Shown here: positions 54,233 to 64,000 of the stretch, piece after piece
How the letters are laid out: each line of letters starts with the position of its first letter
Position numbering within the stretch: the first letter of the stretch is position 1
Origin: Octopus vulgaris
Lineage: Eukaryota
Assembly: GCA_951406725.2 (NCBI GenBank)
Contig: OX597815.1
Span: 44,330,001-44,394,000 of the forward strand
Length of the DNA: 64,000 bases
Direction: 5' to 3'
The notes under the pieces: model-generated
The model's database searches: none
The model's input: only the letters and a program-made list of their open reading frames with translations
Told to the model about the DNA's origin: nothing
Translations under genes and position numbers: made by a program

Positions 54233-55764
54233 CCCCTGTCTTGGTGTACCAGTTGTACTAATTTTAAATTTTTCACCACAAACGACATCAAACTACAAAG
54301 AGAGAACCCATTTTAATAAATCTTGACCAAAACGTTGCACACACATCACTAGAGAACACCAGAGCACATCAGAGCACATCACACAACTATTCACCACAAA
54401 TATTCAAAATGAAAGACCACTTATGCATTTGAAGGGCACACTTTGTTTAATTACATTTTAATCACACACACACACACATGCAGAATAACCATCATCGTCA
54501 TTTAACGTCCAAGTTTCAGGCTTGCATGGGTTGGACGGTTTGACAAGGACTGCACCGTGCTTCAATGTTTGGGTGCTCATGGTTTCTACAGCTGAATGCC
54601 GTTCCTAACGCCAACCACTTTACACTGTGTACAAGGAGCTTTGTTCGCAAGTGTACAAAATCTGAGAAGGGGGGCCGCCTTTATGTGAGATGGGGATTAA
54701 GGTATGAAGGAATGGAGTAGAGTAGTATAGGTTCTTGCTGTAGAGGAGAGCTACATGGCAATTCACATTTAGGGGAGGTAATGAGAATGAATCGGTAGCT
54801 TCTCCGAAGAGATCACTAGTGGTGATGAAGTGTTTAAGAATCACCTCAAGGTACAAAATGAGTCAAAGTGACTGAGGACAGATAACCTGGGAATGTGTGT
54901 CAGTGGGGGTTTACAAGAGAATGTAGGGGCAAGAGATAGAGGAAATTGGAAGGTGGAATCGCACAAAAATGGCGAATTATATCAATGCGACTAACCAACA
55001 TTTGTAAGCTTGAATAACGTTCCTCTCAACAAAACAAAGGTATGGGGTATCTAGAACACAAAACCTTTGGATCGAATATATTGGTTCGATTAAGCTCTTT
55101 GCTAGGTTGATAAAGCTGATCAAAAACAAGAATAACAACAATAAGCGCTAACCAACAAACATACAAAGGCTACAATAATAATGATTAATAGCAATAATAA
55201 CAATACCAATATCAAAAGTAATGATATCTCTTCCTAAATATTACACCAAGACAGCCACCTTATGAAAGTAGATGTGCCTCAGAAATTAAGGTAAAGGTAA
55301 GCAACAGGTACGCAAACACACATCGATGCGCACATGCGCGCACATCACTGACGGCATATTACAGAAAGAATCGATACAGAGAGGAATTAAAGAATGCTAC
55401 ATAAATACAGACGCACACACACACACACATTCGCGTGCACGCGCACCCACATATACGCACACAAATATTTATATATACATGTCAGGCTTCTTTAGTTTCC
55501 GTCCACTAAATCCATTCACAAGGCTTTGTTCAGGCCGAGCCTTCTCGGAAAAGACACCTGCAGACACCTGCACGTAGTGAGACTCAGCCCGGAACTATAC
55601 GATTGGGAAGCAAATTTCTTTTTCCAGACAATCACGTACATATACATGTACAAGTACACACATATATATGTATATATTTACACATATATAAACACATATA
55701 TACATATGAATATTGATATATAATGTTTGCTTATATAAACACACACATATATATAAACAAAATG

Positions 55765-55795
<31 letters not shown>

Positions 55796-56195
55796 CTATA
55801 ATCATGTATATATTTACTATAACAGAAACAAATATAGGGATATCAAATACATTATTAAAACAATACCACAATATTCTTTATTATTGCAATCATGTCCTCC
55901 AATGCCGTTTCGTGATTTATTGTTTATTCAAGTCAAAATTGAGCACGTTAATAACATCATCATATTTAATTTGTGTCAATATAAATATTTGATAAGGAAT
56001 GCTATAGGTGTAAGCATATTATTGAGTGAGATTTTCATTTGCTAAGGGCATATCAAGTAATTTGAGGTATCACTGGGTGTTATATATAACAGATCTTATA
56101 AAACCTTCTAGAAATTCGCATGTTGGCTTGTTGTCGTCGTAGGTAATGAAGTAGAAATTAACACGAAAAGTGGAAATGTAATAATGTGTGGGGGA

Positions 56196-56291
<96 letters not shown>

Positions 56292-56306
56292 CTATATATA
56301 TATATA

Positions 56307-56343
<37 letters not shown>

Positions 56344-57000
56344 TATATATATGTATACACATACGTATATATATACATACATGTATATATATACATACAT
56401 GTATATATATACGTATATATATGTATGTATATATGTGTGTATATATATATATGTATATATATATATAACTATATATATATGCATATATATACGTATACAC
56501 ATACGTATATATACATACATGTATACATATAGTATATATATGTATGTATATATATGCGTATGTATATATATATATATGTATATATGTATATATATATATA
56601 TACGTATATGTATACATACATATAATACATATGTATTCATACATATACCACCACAAATACAATGAATGCAATTAATAGTATATGCATACATGCATACATT
56701 ATATATGTAATATATTTACGCGGTATATTAATACTCACACCCATATAATGTGTGTGTGTGTGTGTGTGTGTGAGTGTGATTATCATAGAAATACACACCC
56801 AAACACATATCTGTATATTAATTTGTATTAACTGGTTGACTAAAACTGAAACTTAGTTTCGTCAATGGAAGATAACTTTGTATGCGTGGGTGGGTGTATA
56901 TGTACACACACACACACACACACACACAAATATATATGCATATATTCTTGAATGTTTGTATATAAGCGTATGTACACATAAAGGCAGCAGGTTATTCTGA

Positions 57001-57153
57001 TCACATAGTGATCCTTCGGTATTAGTATACAGTGTCGGTAAAATGGACGAAGTCATTCATCCTCTTTTTCAATCTAGCCGCTTTATCTATGTCAAGAGGG
57101 AAGGTCGTTCGGTGAATGACGTAGTGTACTAATACCGAAGGATTGCTTTGTGA
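57001..57153 (+). other. Nested hairpin (structured RNA or MITE)
   Basis: 57001-57030 pairs with 57124-57153 at 29/30 positions including 3 G.U; inner stems gtcattcatc/ggtgaatgac and cctctt/aagagg. Confidence 0.7.
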
Positions 57154-57299
57154 AGGAGTTGATTTTTGTAAGATTACAATAACCGGCTGATAACAATGCT
57201 GAAGATATAAAACTGCCCCGAGTATAGTTTGGGCCTGCTTCTCATAACAATAAACGTTTGGAAATATTACCTACGATTATAAAAACCAGAATTCACTGA

Positions 57300-57364
<65 letters not shown>

Positions 57365-57404
57365 GACACATATACACACACAAGTGCCAAATCACGGAAC
57401 TGGA

Positions 57405-57453
<49 letters not shown>

Positions 57454-57511
57454 TATGTATGTATGTATGTATATATATATACACACACAAGTTCAAAGCC
57501 ACGAAAATGTG

Positions 57512-57555
<44 letters not shown>

Positions 57556-58309
57556 ATGTGTGTGTGTGTGTATGTGTGTGTTTGTGTGCGTGTGCGTGTG
57601 TGTATACCATACGGAGAGAAACAGGAAGAGAAAGGCATATGCACATATGCAAGGGTACACACATTCAAATATATACATACACACGCACACACACACACAC
57701 ATATATACATATACATCATATAATAATAATATATTGATATCAAGAGATACGTGTTCACATAATTTCTTTATAAACTTACTTTCTCGCAGAAAGAAGGAAT
57801 CGGTAGCAATAAGCGGATGGTTATTCTTCTATTACGCAGTTAGAGAGAGAACTTGCTTATGACGACTGTTTGTAAACAAGGACGACGAGAGGAAGAAAGT
57901 GAAAATATAAAAAAGAAAGACGTAAAAGAAGATATTACACCAGCGTAGTCACGTGTTTGGCCCACGTCTCCTTCCTGTATTGAGAGAAAGAGAAAGAGAA
58001 AGAGAGAGAAGAGAGATGTGAGAAGAGAGATTAGAGAAAGGAAAGAATGAAAGAGCAATATATATAGAGAGAGACAGAGACAGAGACAGACAGAGAGAGA
58101 GAGAGAGAGAGAGAGTATTTTGTAAACAAAACTTTTGTAGAAGTTTATTTCAGCTTATAATATTATGACGAGTTGTATGTGTATTGAGATAGAAACGTAA
58201 TGGTTTTGATATTTGTTATAAGTATCAATAGATCTATATCAGTATGAATGTGTGTGTTGTATCGTGTGTGTTGTATGTTTATGTGTGTAATATTTGTGAA
58301 TGAGTGTAT

Positions 58310-58344
<35 letters not shown>

Positions 58345-58574
58345 CAGTATGAGTGTGTGTGCGTATGAATGTTTCTATGTGTGTGTGTGTCTGAATGTGT
58401 GTGTGTGTGTGTGTGTGAGTGTGTCTGTGTGTGTGTGTGTGTGTGTGTATATTACGTGTATGCGTGTATGTTATGTGTATGCTGTTCACATCATCAAGTA
58501 CAATCAAATCACCCCTACTGCAAAACTCATAATCATCATCATCGTCGTCGTCATCATTGTAATCGTCGTCGTCG

Positions 58575-58606
<32 letters not shown>

Positions 58607-58864
58607 TTCATCATCATCATCATCATTATTATCACTGTTATCATCTTTTTTTACTATTACCTTTTTTTTTTGTTTGTGAGTACTACCTATAATTTATTCA
58701 TAAAGTAATATGGGTAAGGTTTCAGAAATTGGGGAGTGAGTAGATGGGGAAAATGAATTACATCAATATTAGCACGTTACTGGTACTGTTTATTATATTA
58801 GTCCCGAAAAGATGGAAGCCAAGGTAGATTTCGGCGGCATCTGAACTCAGAACACAAGCTTCTG

Positions 58865-58943
<79 letters not shown>

Positions 58944-58944
<1 letters not shown>

Positions 58945-59498
58945 GCCCTGATGCAGTACCAGGCAGTGGCTCTCATGGCTTCTGATCTTAACTGATTGGA
59001 AGTGTTATCATGTACATTGTTTTGTCTTGGTATAAAAGATGGGCTACAGCAAATATTCTGCTCAATACCACAGATTTGCTTGTCAGTTGTTTGACCTTAA
59101 CCAGTTGAGCATGTCCCTTAGTGGCTGACGATATATGCTTCTCTGATCATGAGCAGAAGTAGTGGGGGAGCATCATAGCCATGTGTTGAGAGGGATTCTT
59201 TGGGGTTTGAATAATTCACCTCTGGAAACATGGGTGGTTCTTTCAACATCCTTAAACAACCCTTATTCAGGGACCTTTTGAGCGGGATGGGCTACTCAAC
59301 CTGAAGAAAATTCTAACTGGGCCCCACCTGCAAGGTCATGTGCTGTTTATCTTGATATGAGATCACCATGTCGCGCACATATGGTTGTGATGCATGTGCC
59401 TGGTGTACCCTTATCAGACGGGTAGTCATGATGGGTATATTGGGCTTCGTATATTTTACCCCAGTGTCACTTTGATGGCATGCACTGCTCTCTCACTC
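58944..59498. mobile_element. 555-bp non-coding element flanked on both sides by pure (AAT)n
   Basis: Sharp complexity boundaries; no TIR, no obvious A/B box, no credible ORF. Confidence 0.6.
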
Positions 59499-59588
<90 letters not shown>

Positions 59589-59817
59589 GATGAGGATGAG
59601 GATGATGATGGTGGTGGTGGTGGTGGTGGTGGTGGTGGTTGTGGTGGTGATGATGATGATGATGATCCTTTCTACTATAGGCACAAGGCTTGAAATTTGA
59701 TGGAGGACTAATAATAATAACAACTAGCTGGACCCATGAAAAATTCACGGAAAATATAAGCATCTGTAAATTGTGTTCTGGTACCACGAGAAATGCTTCT
59801 AAACTGTGACAGTTGAA

Positions 59818-60210
59818 GGCGGCGCGCTGGCAGAAACGTTAGCACGCCGGGCGAAATGCGTAGCCGTATTTCGTCTTTCTTTACGTTCTGAATTCAAATT
59901 CCGCCGAGGTCGACTTTGCCTTTCATCCTTTCGGGCTCGATAAATTAAGTACCAGTTACGCACGGGGTGGATGTAATCGACTTAATCCGTTTGTCTGTCC
60001 TTGTTTGTCCTATCTGTGTTTAGCCCCTTGTGTGTAGTAAAGAAATAGGTATTTCGTCTGTCTTTACATTCTGAGTTCAAATTCCGCCTAGGTCGTCTTT
60101 GCCTTTCATCCTTTCGGGGCCGATAAATTAATTACTAGTTGCGTACTGGGGTCGATCTAATCGACTGGCTTCCTCTCCCCCAAAATTTCAGGGGAAATTA
60201 TAGTAGAAAT
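59818..60210 (+). mobile_element. SINE family B dimer
   Basis: Cores near 59866 and 60049. Confidence 0.9.
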
Positions 60211-60599
60211 TATAGTAGAAAAGTATATTGCAACAGTTACAGAATATAGAAAGAAGTGTAAAACTGATAACTATATGATCCAACCAAAATATATCAGTTA
60301 TGCAAACATAAACAGAATTACTATTTAGCCTTAAAATACATCGCACTTGTTCAGAGAACCTCTTGGTTAAGTGGTACAGAACGTTTGTCTCATATTCTTT
60401 TATTCTTTTACTTGTTTCAGTCATTTAGTCGAAGAAATTGACCCCTGGGCTTATTTCCTGTAAGCTAAGCTCTTTCTATCAGTCTTTTCTGATGAACAGT
60501 TAAGTTACAGGGACACAAATACACCAACATCGGTGGTGGTTATGATGATGATGATGATTTCTCTATTGGCCACGAGGGATCAAGACATTGGTGGCTAAA

Positions 60600-63050
60600 G
60601 CAACAAAAAGAAAAACGAAACACAAGACACATAAAGATGGAGGTTTACAATGATCAAAATAACGTACGAAATTCACTACCTCTGCTCGATTTTCAAGAAC
60701 AGCTTCCTCCGAGTCACTTCCTGAAACTGGCCAACGTGTTCGATTTTTTTTTTATCCACCTAGAGTTTCGGTGGAACAATATCCAAGTATATTATCCAGT
60801 CCATTAGTTCAGCACCTCACGGTGCTGTCCACTACCTTGCATGCCGTTTTTCAAGCTTGCAGTTGCAAGTACACCAACTTTATCTGAGTAAACGTGTACA
60901 AATGTCACCAACTCATGTTATTTTTCAATAATGTTGATCATTTCGACCTCTGTGGTGTAGTTCGTATATGCCGACATGGCTCTTTCGTGCCCTAGTTCGA
61001 ATAGGATAACTATTGATACTTCCATTTTTTCAGGTAAAGTGAAGGGACGAGAGCACTACATTCCCTTGATACGGACCCGAATGGGATAGATTCAGAAGTC
61101 ATTCAGAGATGGCTCACATCAATCTGTACCACTGAGAAGATAAACAAGCAAGGTCGAAGCGATCCAATGCTTCTGAAAACCAGAGTGAAATCCAATAACT
61201 TTGAGAACGGCCTTACCGTTGTAGAAATGAAGCGTGAAGATCTATTTTCGAAAAAGTCTCGTTAAATCCAAATTAATCAGGGCCCCACCGAAACCAGCTT
61301 TCTTACCCATTTTCTTTACGATCTAGTGGAGAATAAACAACTTACTCAGCGTGTTTCACGTGGAGGAAATGGCCGAGCGCCATGACGTTTTAGAATTCCT
61401 CAAAAACTTCATAAACTTTCTCCTCTCAGCAACTGTTCTCTATCATACTTTTTTACTAAAACTAATAGGAGCTTCTCTACTTTTCTTTTTAAAGAAATCC
61501 ACCAACTGTTATTGAAAATGAACTCTGTTAATTACTGCTTAACTGTTTTGCTAATCCAGTCCCTACAATATGTTTGTACGAGGGAAAATACGAGTATCTT
61601 CCAGTAACGGGGTCCTTGTCTACTGGTCTTGTCTAAGTTGAACGTATAGATCACGATTATGTGGTCTGTATGACCAGCTTCCCCAAGCTATGACCAGCTT
61701 ATGCTAAGCTTATCGGCTGCACCCAAGAAAAATATTTTAACGCTTTTAAACTTGGATGATCAATGGTAGTTGTCGAAAACCAAGCAGTACCCTTCAGGCA
61801 GTTCAAGCTGCAAGGTTTTTGCCTGAACAACACCTGTCCTCAGATATACATTCTTCACAAAAATATCCAAAAGCTCACAGTGAGATCACCAGATGGTAGA
61901 TAGATGGTACAACCAGGCTAACTATTATATAGTTAAAAGAAAATGCACTAATCTGTCAAAATTATTAAATAGATAAGTACAGTGAGTTTGAAAATTCACA
62001 AGCTGAAGAAACAGACAGCAAAGAACTCGTCACTACCAAACTTGTACCCAAACACCGAATAGCAGTTAGCCTTCGAAATCAGTGAATACACCAAATACAG
62101 AAAAATTATAACGAAGTCTCGAGGCTTCCTGCGCGCTGCTACACATGGTTGTCCTCATCCTGTGTGGTTCCTTTTTGTATGTGTAAATTACTGTGCGCTA
62201 TATCGCTTTGAAGTATTTTCCATTTTGCACTGGAATAGGGAAGCAAAGGGGTTCGTTTATAATTTTGTTGAGAGTCAAATACGCAATGTTGAAGTTCAGT
62301 ATTTCTTTCGAAGACGACCTCGTATACAATTGTGCCATCGTGATAACTCAACAAAATTGACAAACAAAATCATAAACGAACCCCTTTTCTGTCCAAAAAG
62401 ACAGGAAAATATGAACTTTACGAAGATACGAAACCCTGTAGTGATTGGGCTAAATATAGATATCAACAACAACAACAACAATAATCATAATCCTTTCTGC
62501 TGGTTGTGCACAAGCACTGAAATTTAGGGGAGAGGGCAAGTCGATAGCCTCGATTCTAGTGCTCAACTGGTATTTATTTCATCGACCCCCCAAAGAAATG
62601 AAAGGCGTAGTCGACCTCGGCGGGATTTGAACTCAGAACGTAAAGACGGACAAATTATTGCAAAGCATTTCGTACGGCGCAGTAACGATTGTACCAGCTC
62701 ACCACCTTAATGATAATAATAATAAGAAAAATAATGATGATGAAGATGATGATGGTGATATTTTTGACCTTCCACTTCAAGTGGTACATGATAAGATCTT
62801 TGACAGTTTCCCCACTTACTTTCGAGCAATGACATGGTCAAAAGGGATTTAGATGGCTATCAAAGTACATCTATTTTTTGTTCAGTTCTGTTTACTCTAT
62901 CAGGACAGTTTGTCTTGGTCTCACCGATAGTTTGGAAACTTGTTGTCAGACCATTGTCCTGTACCGTATTTGTTACATGTTTATACTATAGCTTGTCCGA
63001 CATATGTGACAAAATGAGGAAAGAAGGTGAGTGCAGTAATGACTCGAAAT
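60600..63050 (-). mobile_element. Heavily decayed L1/Tx1-type LINE (ORF1 knuckle, endonuclease end, RT), interrupted by a family-B SINE at 62490-62705
   Basis: FVTYVGQ..TCNKYG (~62960-63020), HTDH (~61665), GGALINLD (~61280), AVLKVIGF..F (~61195), MSAY (~60970). Confidence 0.65.
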
Positions 63051-63745
63051 AAGTTGTGGTCGAACCGGGGCGAGGGTTGTATTGACATGCATGTTCGGAT
63101 GACCCCAGGAAGAACACAAAGGCTCTGCCGGAACAGAAACTCACTGAGGAGCAGAAAAGTAAAGCACTTAAACTGGTGGTTGTTATATGTATGGTAGAAG
63201 TATCACTTCAGGACATTCTGTTGAAGGAGGCGAAACGGCAGAGAGAGAGGGGGATGAGAGAGAGGAGTGTGAGAGAGAGAGACGGACAGAGCAGGCAGAC
63301 GCAAAAATAAGGCCAGAAAGCACTACTTCTTAAAGTGCTCCGGTTTGCAGCTCCAAGGCTAGCAAGAAAAATCGCCTTTTTTCAGCGCCAAAAGCCTAAA
63401 TCCAGGACGTCAAGAATCTACTATGCCGGTTATTAGTTGTACCACTCCATTTTTCGATGACGGAGGAGAGACGTCAATGACAAGTTGTATGGGACAACAG
63501 GAAAAAGGAGATGAAACAAAGAGAAAAAGAGGGCTCAAAATGAATGTTGGGGAAACACACGAGCGAAGTGTCGTCTTTCCCCGGGACCCTGGAAAATTTG
63601 TTCCTTCGAATAGATAAAGAAGAACTAATGAATTTTCTGAAAGAACATAAAAAAGAATATTGGAGGAATTGAGTTGATTAAGAAAGAGAGGGGCTTGGAT
63701 TTGGGGGCAACTTCAATAGTAGACTGATAGAGAAACCCAGTGTAA

Positions 63746-64000
63746 GCGCATGGCTCAGTGGTTAGAGCGTTGGGCGCACAATCGGGATGTGTGTAGTGTT
63801 CTTGAGCAAGACACTTTATTTCACGTTGCTCCAGTTCACTCAGCTGCAGAAATGGGTTGTGACGTCACTGGTGCCAAGCTGTATCAGCCTTCGCCTTTCC
63901 TTTGGATAACATCGGTGGTGAAAAGAGGGGAAGCTGGTATGCATGGGCGCCTTTCATAAACAACCTTGCCCGGACTTGTACCTTGGAGGAGAACATTCTA
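63746..64000 (+). mobile_element. SINE with head D and a further distinct 3' module
   Basis: gcgcatggctcagtggttag..cttgagcaagacactttatttcacgttgctccagttcactcagctg, then gacgtcactggtgccaagctg. Confidence 0.8.

Overview
Eukaryotic, AT-rich, microsatellite-saturated non-coding DNA. The repeat complement is most consistent with an octopus or other coleoid cephalopod genome (inference): tRNA-derived CORE- and Nin/Deu-type SINEs, Dong-R4, RTE-BovB, CR1-like and Tx1 LINEs, Penelope-like elements (PLEs), mariner, hAT and Chapaev3. I found no intact host protein-coding gene; almost all track ORFs are microsatellite or SINE read-through. The interesting signal is non-coding. (1) About 9 diverged copies of a fixed-order E-box/CHR/E2F/KLF-like cassette cluster at 10.9-19.0 kb, two of them forming a homogenised fold-back near a ~700-bp AT palindrome. 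(2) Several hammerhead-ribozyme motifs lie in PLE-like termini, one abutting telomere-type repeats. (3) A LINE 3' stem-loop is shared, with a compensatory base pair, by the dominant SINE. (4) A tandem array appears derived from a dispersed repeat. (5) Two mariner copies carry independent in-frame deletions of the same region. All alignments and family assignments were made by eye from motif memory, with no database search; coordinates are approximate to about 10 bp unless a TSD or TIR is quoted.
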